Positions 1-11,072 are shown, counted from the first letter of the stretch. The stretch is 64,000 nucleotides of DNA from Candidatus Moanibacter sp. (GCA_965215885.1 CBDCEW010000105.1:1-64000); one strand, 5' to 3'. Made by a program: numbers and translations. The notes: generated from the letters alone by a model not told the origin.

Positions 1-126
1 GGGACGGAGGGCATCTATGTTGCCGTCATTCCAGAGCCGTCAATCAGCCTGTTACTCGCGTCCGGAGTCACATCAGCGCTTCTCATCAATGCTCTCAGGA
101 GAAGGCGCCGCAGGCGTTCTGTCTAA
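1..126 (+). CDS. 3' end of a PEP-CTERM sorting-domain protein (partial)
   Basis: Frame 1 reads GTEGIYVAVIPEPSISLLLASGVTSALLINALRRRRRRRSV*: IPEP motif, hydrophobic helix, Arg cluster. Not in the ORF track. Confidence 0.85.
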   Translation, partial: GTEGIYVAVIPEPSISLLLASGVTSALLINALRRRRRRRSV

Positions 127-239
127 TCCGCTTCCTCACGGTACTTCCCCATTCCGCTTGTAACAACGGCCGGGCCCCATCATTCCATTCTTCCAATCCA
201 TCCCACGGTTAAACTGAGGATCGGATTGTTACTGTAATA

Positions 240-1445
240 ATGGATATCAATTCCCTTATTCATGGTTTTGGTTCGGTCGGTATGTTTTCTTCGCGCGCTT
301 TCCTGCCCGCCTTAGTCACTGCTGTTACCCTGCGCTATGGGAGCGCCATACCGTATATCGAGAGTCTAAATCTGCTAAAGAATGCCACCCAGGAACCCAC
401 CTGGTTTACTCACGGCGGCACGATCACCGCTTTGGGTCTGCTCTCCATCCTCGAAATTGCGGCCGACAAAATGCCCGAAGCCCGAACTGCCCTCGCGGAA
501 ATTGACGGGTACTCTAAAACGGCTCTGGCGGGACTCTCCTACCTCGGGCTGCTGAGCGCGGTTGATATCCAGTTTATCAAAGAGAATATCTCCCAAGCCG
601 GCGTAACCGACACCTTTGCTGTTCTCATTGTCGCAGGAGCTGTCTTAACCGGGAGCAAGTTGCGCGTTAACCTTCTGAACGCGTTAAGAGAGGCAGACGA
701 AGACGACGACCTCGGCATCCAATCCCTCATAAGTTAGGCGGAGGATATCTGGGCAACAGTGGGTATCTTTGCCCTCCTTCTCTTTCCCATCTTCATGCTC
801 CTCCTCAACGGTGTCGCACTCACGATTCTCTTTCTTGCTCAGAAATTCGCTCAATACCGAGAAGAGAAGTCGAAGGTCGAATGCGGGGATTGCCGGGAGA
901 GCGTCTATCGCTCCGCCCTGGCCTGCCCTCACTGCGGAGCGAAGAGGGAAAAGCCGGATAAGCTCGGAATCCTCGGGCAGTCCAAACATGAAGCGGAAGA
1001 CGATCTCGAAGCCCATCCTTATTATCTCGTCGCCAAGAAACGCTGCCCTGTCTGTGCTACGCGATTTCCGAAAAGATCCGTGCATCAGACTTGCGAAGCT
1101 TGCGGACACCAACTTATGGGTGAGAAAGAATTCGCCCGGAGTTACCTCAGCCGAATCCGAAAACGGGTTCCGGTAGTCTGTGGTGTTAGTTTCCTGCTTA
1201 GCCTCATTCCCGTCATAGGTCTCGTGCCGGGCGTGATTTATTACCGATTGCGATTGGTCGCCCCATTTAGACAATACGTTCCTCTGGGACGGCGTCTTTT
1301 CATCAAATTGCTGATCATGCTGCTTTTCTTTGTCTTGATCGGTCTTCAATGGATCCCGGGAATCGGCGGCTTTGTCGTTCCCGCCATGGCCCTCATCAGT
1401 TACGGTGTCTTCAGCGCGCAGTTTAGAAGCCTCACAGGAATCTAA
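240..1445 (+). pseudogene. DUF4126-like membrane protein with zinc-ribbon domain, split by one in-frame TAG (735-737)
   Basis: ORFs 240..737 and 759..1445 share a frame and read LIS*AEDIWATVG across the stop. Contains LEIAADKMP motif and four CxxC pairs. Confidence 0.7.
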
Positions 1446-1447
1446 AT

Positions 1448-3703
1448 ATGAACGAGAACACGAAAAGCGGCCTTCCTCAGCGTTCCCTGAAAGAAGCGAT
1501 CCTGTTCGAATTAGAACCCAAACGCCTCATTCCGAACATAAACGCGGGGTTTGTCGTGAGCATCATCGTCGTATTTGTCGCGGTGTCCCTGGCAACCCTG
1601 ATCTTTTCCGGTGAACTTGAAGTGCACCTCGACGAAGCAATCAGTCTCATGCTCTTCTCCGGCATCCTTATCACCGGAATCGTTTCGATTGGAAGCTCCT
1701 ACCGGGGAATGCTCGCCTATCCGCAGGAAAGGGTGGCGCCCATACTCGCTGTTATCGCTACTGCCGCGGTTGCACAGCTGTCGGGAAAGGTCCCTACCCG
1801 GGAGATGTTTTTCACTGCTGTCGCCGCCATCTCATTGGCCTCCCTCGCCACTGGCATTTTTCTTCTGGCACTCGGCTTCTTCAAGCTGGGCGCGCTCATA
1901 CGCTTCATTCCCTACCCTGTCATCGGCGGATTTCTCGCCGGAACCGGCTGGCTTCTCGTCCGCGGCTCCATCGGTGTAACAGCGGGATTCCATATCCACG
2001 CCTCAGACATTCCACGGCTGTTTGAGGGCGCCATTTTCGCCAAATGGATAACGGGCGTGTTTTTCGGATCGATTATGGTGATGGTCACTCGCCGAATTAC
2101 CCACTTTCTCACTATGCCGACACTCCTCCTCGGCGCAGTTGCACTCTTTTACCTCATACTCTTCTCCACCGGTATTACAGCCGAGGTGGCTCGAAGCAAT
2201 GGCTGGCTCCTCGGCCCATTTCCAGACTCCGACCCCTGGAAGCCCCTTACCTTCGCCGCATTTTCTCAGGCCGATTGGTCTGTTATTCTCGGACAGTCCG
2301 TCAACATTGCCACTATTATTCTAATCGCCGTCATTTCCGTCCTTATGAATTCGGGAGCCCTCGAGCTCGTGGCCAAAACGGATATCGATCTCAATCACGA
2401 ATTAAAAACCGCCGGTGTGGCGAATATACTCATCGGACTGGGCGGCGGCACGGTTGGGTTCCACACTCTGAGTATCTCGCGGCTCGCTCTCAAAATGGGC
2501 GCGGAGAGCCGCGTTGTCGGTATCGTCGCATCCGTCGTCTGTGCCCTCATGCTCTGGCTCGGGCCTGCCGTAATGACCTTTTTCCCAAGGTTTGTCCTCG
2601 GCGGACTCCTCTTTTTTCTAGGCATGCACTTTCTTGTGGAATGGCTCTACGACGCCTGGTTTCGCATTACAAAAGCCGACTATACCATCGTCGTTATAAT
2701 CCTGGCTTTCGTAGCACTCTTCGGATATTTGCACGGCGTCGGAGTGGGGATCATAGCATGCATCATTCTCTTTCTGGTCAACTACAGCAACGTAAACGTC
2801 GTTAAGCATGCTCTCACCGGTTCGCATCAACAGAGTAACGTAGATCGGCCCGCCCCCCATTATCGAATACTCACGGAGAAAGGGCCACAATTGTATCTCC
2901 TCAAATTGCAGGGTTACATATTTTTCGGCACCGCTAACGGCCTCCTCAATCAGGTCCGCGCCAGGATCGACGATCCCGAGCAATCTTCTCTCCGATTTAT
3001 GATGTTGGATTTTACCCACGTTACAGGCATTGATTCATCCTCCATATTGAGTTTCGTCAGGATGCGCCAATTGGCTGAGCAGAATGGCTTCACCCTGATA
3101 TTTACGCATCTTTCCCACGAGATATGGCGCCAGTTAGCGAAGGAGGAATTTGACAGTGCCCCACCCGATGTTTTTCGCACTTTCCCCGATATCGATCACG
3201 GACTGGAATGGTGTGAGAATCAGATTCTCGCCGGCGAGCATGTCGACGCCGCCGAGTTCGAGGCCATCACTCTCCGCGATCAGCTTAAGAGAAGCTTTCC
3301 AGAATCCGCCAATCTGGATAAGCTCCTGAGCTATTTCGAACGCATGGAAATCGCTGAGGGCCACGTCTTAATGAAACAGAACGAGCCTTCTGATGACCTC
3401 TATCTCATCGAAAACGGCCAGGTCACGGCACGCCTCGAGATCGACCAACACGAGTCCCTCAGACTTCGCACGATGTGCGCCGGCACCATTGTCGGCGAAC
3501 TGGGTCTCATCCTCGGTGAGCCGCGTTCCGCCTCCGTCGTAGCGAACCGCGCCAGTACCGTCTATCGGCTCACCCAGAAGGCGCTCAGTTCGATGCAGGA
3601 AAAAGATCCCGATATCGCTATCTCCTTCCACAACTTCCTCATGCATCTTCTCGCGGAAAGACTCGTTAACACTGACAAAGCGATCCAAACACTCCTCGAG
3701 TAG
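1448..3703 (+). CDS. SulP/SLC26 anion transporter with STAS and cyclic-nucleotide-binding domains
   Basis: RFIPYPVIGGF motif, many TM helices, STAS (IFFGTAN, LDFTHVTGIDSS), cNMP domain (GELG...PRSASV). Confidence 0.93.
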   Translation: MNENTKSGLPQRSLKEAILFELEPKRLIPNINAGFVVSIIVVFVAVSLATLIFSGELEVHLDEAISLMLFSGILITGIVSIGSSYRGMLAYPQERVAPILAVIATAAVAQLSGKVPTREMFFTAVAAISLASLATGIFLLALGFFKLGALIRFIPYPVIGGFLAGTGWLLVRGSIGVTAGFHIHASDIPRLFEGAIFAKWITGVFFGSIMVMVTRRITHFLTMPTLLLGAVALFYLILFSTGITAEVARSNGWLLGPFPDSDPWKPLTFAAFSQADWSVILGQSVNIATIILIAVISVLMNSGALELVAKTDIDLNHELKTAGVANILIGLGGGTVGFHTLSISRLALKMGAESRVVGIVASVVCALMLWLGPAVMTFFPRFVLGGLLFFLGMHFLVEWLYDAWFRITKADYTIVVIILAFVALFGYLHGVGVGIIACIILFLVNYSNVNVVKHALTGSHQQSNVDRPAPHYRILTEKGPQLYLLKLQGYIFFGTANGLLNQVRARIDDPEQSSLRFMMLDFTHVTGIDSSSILSFVRMRQLAEQNGFTLIFTHLSHEIWRQLAKEEFDSAPPDVFRTFPDIDHGLEWCENQILAGEHVDAAEFEAITLRDQLKRSFPESANLDKLLSYFERMEIAEGHVLMKQNEPSDDLYLIENGQVTARLEIDQHESLRLRTMCAGTIVGELGLILGEPRSASVVANRASTVYRLTQKALSSMQEKDPDIAISFHNFLMHLLAERLVNTDKAIQTLLE

Positions 3704-3914
3704 GGGGTTTCGCTCACAACTGCCAAATTTCCGCGAGGCGGAACTGCCGTAGGCACCGACCGACCCGGTTTTCCTCGGTGCAGATCCGGCTACTTATGTT
3801 TTCCGATTCAAGTAAATCACATCTCTGCCGACTTGCACCGGATGGGACGTGACGATGGGTTTCGGCTCCGTCAGGCCTGCCAATCCATTCTCAACGAGGA
3901 GATCAGGTAGATCG

Positions 3915-4091
3915 ATGAAAGACCAAATCCTTATTCAATTATTCACTGCTATCGTCGTCCTTCTCGTAGCACGGGGAGTCTATAAGACGAGCAGAGTCTT
4001 GTTCATTACAATTATTTTGGTGGGTATCGGGATCTGCTTTATTGAAAGAGATGCAGATTTCATCGAACGTCTCTGGAGTAACGTCAACTAG
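3915..4091 (+). CDS. Small hypothetical membrane protein (58 aa)
   Basis: ATG at 3915 after purine-rich GGAG/AGGT; two hydrophobic segments. Confidence 0.5.
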   Translation: MKDQILIQLFTAIVVLLVARGVYKTSRVLFITIILVGIGICFIERDADFIERLWSNVN

Positions 4092-4424
4092 CCCGGACTT
4101 TTCACACACTTCGTAGCGAGACGGCGTAGATTACTGCATATCAAAGCCTTTCCGCAGGCCGGCGGGCGACAGCGTGTTGGAACCCTCTGAGGTCGGCGGG
4201 CAAGGGAAGGCTTTGAGACGCAGTGGGATCCGCGGTCGTAGTAGAAGGTTTGTGAAATGTTCGGGCTAGCCCGGACTTTTCACACACTTCTTTGCGAGAT
4301 CCCGGCTCGCCGGGACGGATCAAGGCCTTCGCGCAGTCCGGCCGGCAACGGCGTCTTGGAACACTCTGAGGTCGACCCGGCTTGCCGGGATCGCAGTAGA
4401 TGGTTTGCGAAATTTCCGGGCTGG
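4088..4424. repeat. Two tandem MITE-like elements (4088-4269 and diverged 4266-4424) with imperfect ~25-bp TIRs and CTAG ends
   Basis: ctagcccggacttttcacacacttc at 4088 and 4266; inverted ends gaaggtttgtgaaatgttcgggctag and gatggtttgcgaaatttccgggctgg; homolog at 58429. Confidence 0.75.
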
Positions 4425-4508
4425 ATCTACCTTGCTTTCGCCGTCTTTCTGCGTATATTATCGTATCCGGCAAGGAAGCAGGAACTTTGGGAGAAAGGGA
4501 GGTTTATC

Positions 4509-4961
4509 ATGGTGAATTATACCCCGAGATTATTTAGAGCAAAAGTAGGACCCGTATCTCGAGAAGTACTCGTGAGGGATATTATGCATAAAGCTTTTGT
4601 CTCTTTTAAGGAGGATATGAATATCCTCGAGGCGTCAAAGATGCTCATCAAGCACCGGATTACGGGTGCGCCGGTTATCAATGAGGAAAACGAAGCGTTG
4701 GGTTTCCTCTCGGAAAAGGACTGCCTCCTTTTTACCATGAATGTCAAATACCATAACAACGAACCCGGTTATGTCGGCGATTATATGTCCAGAACGATTA
4801 TCTCCCTCCCGCCGTCATCGGATATCTACTATGCCACTGACCTGTTTACTAAGAACCCATTCTACAGCTACCCCGTGGTTGAAAACGATATCGTTGTAGG
4901 CGTTGTATATCGTCATTCTGTCTTGGAGGCCCTTTTCAGGATGGCGCAGGCCACCTGCTAG
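4509..4961 (+). CDS. CBS-domain pair protein
   Basis: VRDIM..., ITGAPVI...GFLSEKD, VGDYMS, YPVVE. GGGAGG RBS before ATG 4509; the longer ORF start lies inside the MITE. Confidence 0.85.
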   Translation: MVNYTPRLFRAKVGPVSREVLVRDIMHKAFVSFKEDMNILEASKMLIKHRITGAPVINEENEALGFLSEKDCLLFTMNVKYHNNEPGYVGDYMSRTIISLPPSSDIYYATDLFTKNPFYSYPVVENDIVVGVVYRHSVLEALFRMAQATC

Positions 4962-5180
4962 CCCGCTTTTCGCTGCCGATTCTGCAGTACGGCAGAGCAC
5001 AGGCACAGTCTCTCTGTTGTTCGAGAGTCTTCGAACATCTGGTGAGAAAAGCGGGCTATTTCCTTGCCCTAATCCCAATCTGTGGTATCCTGTAAATCGC
5101 AAAATGCAAATCCTGGAGAAGCATTTGCGACCCACCTTTTTGTTGGCGGGTGTCGCGATTACTATTATTACAAAGCCTGC

Positions 5181-6128
5181 ATGATAGCGTTGAGCATTTC
5201 CAGCCCCTCTTCAATGTTGATCAGGGATTACTCACTCGACGATCTGAATACCCGGGACATTGCTGCCGTCTCGAGCGCGGTAGTAGAGATTCAGCAAGAC
5301 ATTTTTCCTGTCGCCGACTCCCGTTTGGTTTCCGAAGTGTTGCGGGACACCGAGAGCTTGTTCGAAGGGTCCTACTGGGATTACCAGGGTATGGATACCG
5401 TCTATCACGATCTCGAACACACTTTGCAAGCCACTCTCTGTTGGATACGCATCATGGCAAACCGGCATCTCCTCGAAGTTGAACCTGTCATGACGCCGCA
5501 CAGCTTTATCTGCGGGCTCTTCGCGGTACTGCTTCATGATATCGGCTACCTCAAGGAGGCTGGCGACAATATTGGGACTGGAGCAAAATACACTTTCGTA
5601 CACGAGCACCGCAGCTGTGATTTGGCCGAACTCTATTTGACCGAAAAGGGTTGGTCAAAACCTGATATCTTCGTCGTGCAACACCTCATCAGTTGCACAG
5701 GGCCGCGCAGCATACCGGATGCTATTCCATTCAAAGACAATCTCGAACGAATCAACGGCGAAGCGATTTGTACGGCAGATTACCTCGGACAGATAAGCGA
5801 CCCGAATTATATCGAAAAGTTGCCTTTTCTATTCAAGGAGTTCGAAGAATCGGACGATTATCGCGAAATCCCAAGAGAGAATAGAATGTTTAAGAGCAGT
5901 AGAGAGCTCCTTCACCTCACGCCCTATTTCTGGAAGAAAATAGTACTTCCGAAACTCGACAGAGAATGTCATGCTCTATTCAAGTTTCTTGCCCACCCCT
6001 ACCCTGACGGCGAAAATCCCTATCTCGAGAAGGTCGAATCGAATATTACCACCATTCGCAAGGAAGCTAAGAAGATCAAAGACTTCGAGAAATACTTCGG
6101 GAAGAGATCATTGAACTTTTGGGGTTAA
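5181..6128 (+). CDS. HD-domain metal-dependent phosphohydrolase (start uncertain)
   Basis: YHDLEHT, LLHDIGY, HEHRS and TADY motifs. Confidence 0.8.
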   Translation: MIALSISSPSSMLIRDYSLDDLNTRDIAAVSSAVVEIQQDIFPVADSRLVSEVLRDTESLFEGSYWDYQGMDTVYHDLEHTLQATLCWIRIMANRHLLEVEPVMTPHSFICGLFAVLLHDIGYLKEAGDNIGTGAKYTFVHEHRSCDLAELYLTEKGWSKPDIFVVQHLISCTGPRSIPDAIPFKDNLERINGEAICTADYLGQISDPNYIEKLPFLFKEFEESDDYREIPRENRMFKSSRELLHLTPYFWKKIVLPKLDRECHALFKFLAHPYPDGENPYLEKVESNITTIRKEAKKIKDFEKYFGKRSLNFWG

Positions 6129-6649
6129 GATCGACAGATTTCTAGCTTCCTTATTTTGGGCGCTATTACGAGACTGCAGATAGGGGCGTGCGGATTATTA
6201 TTGAAATAGTCCTGGTGGTAGCCCTCCGCCTCAAAAAACTCTGAAGCTTCCGTGATTTCGGTCACGATTGGGCTGGCGAAACTGTCTGATTCATCAGCGG
6301 TTGCTCGAGACCCCTCCGCAGCCGTTTTCTGTTCATCCGAATGATAAAAAATTGCCGAGCGATACTGCGTTCCGACGTCTGCCCCTTGTCGATTAAGCGT
6401 GGTCGGATCGTGAAGCTGCCAGAATATCTCGAGCAATTCATTGTAGCTTATCTTCCGCGGGTCGAATTTCACTTGCACTACTTCAGCATGTCCCGTTTCG
6501 CCTGTGCACACCTCCTCGTAAGTCGGATTCGGTACTCTCCCTCCCATATACCCCGAGGACACCGCTTCGACCCCATCAAGTCGTTGAAAGATCGCTTCTA
6601 CGCACCAGAAGCACCCCGCACCAAAAGTACCTGTTTCAAACTTCATCAC
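6125..6649 (-). CDS. msrA: Peptide-methionine (S)-S-oxide reductase
   Basis: GCFWC, TGHAEVV, HDPTTLNRQGADVGTQYRS, AEGYHQDY. Confidence 0.96.
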   Translation of the reverse strand: MMKFETGTFGAGCFWCVEAIFQRLDGVEAVSSGYMGGRVPNPTYEEVCTGETGHAEVVQVKFDPRKISYNELLEIFWQLHDPTTLNRQGADVGTQYRSAIFYHSDEQKTAAEGSRATADESDSFASPIVTEITEASEFFEAEGYHQDYFNNNPHAPICSLVIAPKIRKLEICRS

Positions 6650-6699
6650 TTCCTCTCCTTTTGGAAACGCCCAAACATTGACTCACTTTATCAGTGGAT

Positions 6700-7539
6700 T
6701 CAACCTTCGACTTTTGACTTTCCACTTTCCTCCATACCCAATTCGTACAAATCAGGCCTCCGGTCCCGCAAGACTCGCATCTTCCGCCTCGTCTTTGCAA
6801 CAACATCGACTTCGATGGAAGCGGTGAGCAGCTCTTCCTCTGTCTCGCTTGCTTCCACCACCGTGTTACCCCAGGGATCGATGATGAGTGACGTGCCACA
6901 CCAGGAAACTTTGCCCAATTCGCCCATCTCTTCGAATCCCACTTGATTAGTACCTATCATAAACATCTGATTCTCAATCGCGCGCGCCCTCACGAGGGTC
7001 CGCCAATGTTCGCGTCGAGGGTGTGGAAAAGCCGTGGGATTAAGCAGCACCTCCGCTCCTTTCAGAGCGTAGCTTCGATAGAGTTCCGGAAAACGGATAT
7101 CGTAGCAGACGGCAAAGCCGGTTTTGCCCCAGGGAGCGTCAAACAATACCAGTTCATCGCCCGGTGCCACGTGCTCGTCTTCGTCCATCAAACTGAAAAG
7201 ATGCGTCTTATTGTAGGTCACGGCGCGTTCACCTCTCGGGCTGAATAGAATAGACGCGTTGGTCGGCTTTCCGCCCGTATTGGCCGCGATTACGGAACCG
7301 CTAATCCAGATCTTCCATTGCTTTGCCAATCCCGCTACGCGCTCAACGATAGTCTCATGTTCCTCCACTATGCGTGCGTTTTCCACCCAGTTAAAACCGG
7401 TCGTCCACATTTCCGGAAAACAGATCAATTCGGAGCCTCGCCCGGCCGCTTCCGAAATGAGCGCTGCTCCTTTTTCAAGATTTAAATCCGGCCGCGACGT
7501 GGCGACATCAATCTGTGCGATCGATATCGTTAAATCCAT
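6700..7539 (-). CDS. Carbon-nitrogen (nitrilase superfamily) hydrolase, omega-amidase-like
   Basis: Catalytic triad motifs FPE, YNKTHLF, CYDIRFPE; ARAIENQ. Confidence 0.92.
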   Translation of the reverse strand: MDLTISIAQIDVATSRPDLNLEKGAALISEAAGRGSELICFPEMWTTGFNWVENARIVEEHETIVERVAGLAKQWKIWISGSVIAANTGGKPTNASILFSPRGERAVTYNKTHLFSLMDEDEHVAPGDELVLFDAPWGKTGFAVCYDIRFPELYRSYALKGAEVLLNPTAFPHPRREHWRTLVRARAIENQMFMIGTNQVGFEEMGELGKVSWCGTSLIIDPWGNTVVEASETEEELLTASIEVDVVAKTRRKMRVLRDRRPDLYELGMEESGKSKVEG

Positions 7540-7634
7540 TTTACGTCTCTGCCGACGAGTCGCAATTCCCCTCTCCCATCAACCTTCTCATCTAATTCTG
7601 CGGGCGACTGATTCGCTTAGGTCTCCGTCCCTTC

Positions 7635-8725
7635 TCATTGAGTAGTGGGCAGCCGAATCGAAAACCTCGTCCCCTTGCCGGTCTCCGTTTCAAATTCAAT
7701 TTTACCTCCATGGGCTTCGACAATCGATTTAACTATCGACGTTCCGAGGCCCGTGCCGCGGCTCTTCCCAAGCGTTACGAAGGGATCGAACAGGTTTGGT
7801 CGGATTGATGGAGGAATTCCGTCTCCGTTATCCGAGATCTCCAATAGAATCATTCTATCTCCTTCTCTCGCGGCCTTTATCGAAATTGTGCCTTCTCCAT
7901 CTCTAAATGCATCGATGGCGTTACTCACCAAATTCTGCAGGACACGTAACAGTTTGTTCTCCTCTGCTTCAATTGTAAGGTCCGGAACCGAAATCTCAAA
8001 TCTCAGCCGCTCATCCTGAAAATAGGGAGCATTCAGTTCGCGGAACTTGCTAACCATCTCTCTTACATTGACCGCCGCCGGTTGAAGTGTCTGCAGACCC
8101 CGTGAAAAATCGTTTAACTCATCGGCCATCAATACCATCCGCTGAATCTGTTCTTCGATCGTCCTGCACAATTCCCCAGTTTTCCTGTCGTCTGTTCTGC
8201 CCTCTATAACTTCAGCCGCCAGCTTAATTAGAGTAAAAGGATTCTTAAGATCGTGAAAGATCGTATTCACCATCGTCCCGACGACCGCCATCTTTTCCTG
8301 ATGCAGCATATCATCGAGGTAATGACGCGTCGTTTCATGCAAGTGATTGACTATACTCTCCAGGATATTCGCGATCGGTCCCGGCGTGCTCGTAATGTAT
8401 TCTACCATTGCCGATTTTGGGGGTTTCCGAGATTCACTCTTCCCCGTGCTTCCGCCCGCAAGGCCCGAGGCTGGCCCGTAAAGAGACCGATCTCGCCGAA
8501 AAACTCCCCCTCCCGACTGTATCCGACAACTCTGTGCTCGCTAATTGAGACTTCTTTGCAAAAGGCGACTGCTCCCTCCAGAACGAGACAGAGATCCTCT
8601 GACGGGCTGCCCTCTTCGAAGATAACCTGATTATTCGGATATTCGTGTTCCGTGCCCAACTGCAAGAGCCTCTCCCTTATGTCCGGATCGACGTGCTCGA
8701 AGAATGGATGATCTCGTATATTCAT
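7635..8725 (-). pseudogene. cNMP-binding sensor histidine kinase, frameshifted near 8415-8427
   Basis: cNMP domain ORF 8402..8725 overlaps HisKA/HATPase ORF 7635..8408 (HDLKNP, NLVSNA, DNGDGI, GTGLG) in the -1 frame at AAACCCCCAAAA. Confidence 0.75.
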
Positions 8726-8960
8726 TCGAACTTACCGCCCCTCCAGAAAACTCCCCAACTTATTACTCGAGTACTTACTCTCAAGACCATTTGTTACAAC
8801 CGTCAAAGTGGTCAAATTCGCGGACTAATCCTGAAGCATACTATTCAAAGTAAGGACTGGTGAGTCTGTAATCGAGAAAAAACAGGGCGGGTCCACCGCG
8901 CCGATCACAAATTCCTCTGAAGAAAATGAAACTGAATTTTTGGGACGCATTGATTCAGTT

Positions 8961-11072
8961 TCATTTTTTTGTCTCTAGTCCCGGCCTGCCGGGACTAGCC
9001 CGCTTATACAAGTAAACCCCGAGTGCTAGAATTGCCAGAGTGCCAAACCAAGGTGCGAGCGCCATGTCTGACGGTATCCGGTCGACGAAAATCACCGCTG
9101 CAACTGCCACCAAGACACCCATAAGCGCCTCACCGGTAATGAGACCGGAAGCCACCAACAAACCGGTGCTCTCCTGTCTTCGCAATGCGACTTCCCTCTC
9201 CCCGCGATGTTTCCGATCAACCATATACGCTAGTACGCCGCCGACGAATATCAACACGGACAGTCCGAGAGGAAGATAGACTCCAATAGCGACCGCCAGG
9301 ACAGGCAAACGGAAACCTGCTTCGCGCTTCTCCAGTAATCGGTCGATAATTATCAGGACAATCGCAAACAAACATCCGAGAATGATGAAGTTCCAAGCGA
9401 TTCCGGCGCCGAAAATTCCCATCGATATATCTTTCATCAAGCCGGCCTGAGGCGCAGGGAGAAAAGAAGCGCCCTCTCGCAGCGGGCGCCCGATTCCGTG
9501 CCCTCTGTCCAGAATATTGAGGATTAAGGGAATCACAAACGCCGCCGATACGACACCTACCAACTGAAAAATCTGTTGTCGCCACGGTGTTGCTCCCAGT
9601 ACATGCCCACATTTGAGATCCTGCATGTTGTCACCCGCAATGGCGGCCGAGGCGCATACATTAGCAGCCAGGAAGATGACCATTATTGGCCCCAGCGTCG
9701 CTGCCACTCCCCCCCGACCCATCAATTGCGTGAGCAAGACAGCTGTCACGACGACAGTAGCGACTGTCACTCCGGAAATCGGATTGTTCGAACTCCCTAC
9801 GAGACCGGACATGTAGCCCGCGACCGAACTGAACAGGAACCCGAACAGAAGCATCATAACCGTCATTACGGCCGCGATCATCCCTCTTCCGTGGTAGTCG
9901 CCCAATGCCCAGTAGAAAGCGAAAAAGAGAGGCACGGATGCGACTAACACGGTGAGGGCCACGATCTGAAAAGGCATGTCCCGCTCCGTCCTTGGAAGGC
10001 TGACCGTTTCATCGGAACGCGACCTTTTATAGACTCTCAAACTGGATCGGATACCTTCAACAAGCGGCCCGGCCAGTGAGATAAGAGACCAGAAACCGCC
10101 AACCAGCATAGCGCCGACGCCGATTCGGCGACAATTCTGCCAGGACTCATCCGCTACCGCAACCCATTCTTCTGGCCCCAGAACATGAAGTGGTGTGCCT
10201 GCGGGTATGCCGGTTGCCTCGAGAATCCGCTCGCTGTTCAGAGCCCAGTTGAGAGGCACACCTATCGCAGTACCTATTACTCCTCCCGCGAAAACCAGAA
10301 CAGCAATGTTTAAACCTACGATATAACCGACCCCCAGTAGAGCCGGACTCAGGAAAACGTTGGCCGTGACCAGTAGTTTTCCCTGCATTGTGGCATGAGT
10401 AGCGGACAGGTGCCCAGAGAGTACACCCAGACCGGATTCAAGTAATTTGAACAGGCCGCCCAAACCAGCCGCTTCCATAAGCCTCCTGAAACCGATTTCA
10501 GCCTCTTCCGAACGTTCTCCCTTTTCGGGATGTTCGGCATCGTGCTCAATGCCTCCACTCTTCAGCACTTCAGAGGTAGCCATCCCTTCCGGAAATGCCA
10601 GCTCAGCATTTACAATTAATGCCCTGCGAAGCGGGATAGTAAAGGCCACTCCGAGAACTCCCCCGATTAAACCGATCACCACGATGGGCCAATAATGGTA
10701 CCCACCCCACGCACCCATCATAACCAGTGCCGGAACCGTGAATATTATACCCGCCACGAGCGATTCTCCGGCCGATGCCGAAGTCTGTACCATGTTATTC
10801 TCCAGGATATTTGACCGCCTGAAAACGCGCAATACTCCCATCGAAACCGCCGCCGCAGGTATCGAAGCGGATACCGTCATCCCCACCAACAGACCGATAT
10901 AAGCATTAGCCGACGCCAGGACCATCGATAGAAGGGCCCCAAGTATGAACCCCTTCAACGTGATCTCGTCGAATTCCTCTTCCGGCCTGACTAACGGGGA
11001 GGGAAAGTTCGTTTTCTCTGGCACTAGCCTCCGCCTATCGGGCCATCGTTCTGAATTTCGGTTGGCACGCAA
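8961..11072 (-). CDS. OPT-family oligopeptide transporter (start uncertain)
   Basis: NAYIGLLVGMTVSASIPAA, ENNMVQTSASAGE, FPEG, GSSNNPISG, MQDLK.GH.LGATP motifs. Confidence 0.93.
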   Translation of the reverse strand: MRANRNSERWPDRRRLVPEKTNFPSPLVRPEEEFDEITLKGFILGALLSMVLASANAYIGLLVGMTVSASIPAAAVSMGVLRVFRRSNILENNMVQTSASAGESLVAGIIFTVPALVMMGAWGGYHYWPIVVIGLIGGVLGVAFTIPLRRALIVNAELAFPEGMATSEVLKSGGIEHDAEHPEKGERSEEAEIGFRRLMEAAGLGGLFKLLESGLGVLSGHLSATHATMQGKLLVTANVFLSPALLGVGYIVGLNIAVLVFAGGVIGTAIGVPLNWALNSERILEATGIPAGTPLHVLGPEEWVAVADESWQNCRRIGVGAMLVGGFWSLISLAGPLVEGIRSSLRVYKRSRSDETVSLPRTERDMPFQIVALTVLVASVPLFFAFYWALGDYHGRGMIAAVMTVMMLLFGFLFSSVAGYMSGLVGSSNNPISGVTVATVVVTAVLLTQLMGRGGVAATLGPIMVIFLAANVCASAAIAGDNMQDLKCGHVLGATPWRQQIFQLVGVVSAAFVIPLILNILDRGHGIGRPLREGASFLPAPQAGLMKDISMGIFGAGIAWNFIILGCLFAIVLIIIDRLLEKREAGFRLPVLAVAIGVYLPLGLSVLIFVGGVLAYMVDRKHRGEREVALRRQESTGLLVASGLITGEALMGVLVAVAAVIFVDRIPSDMALAPWFGTLAILALGVYLYKRASPGRPGLETKK

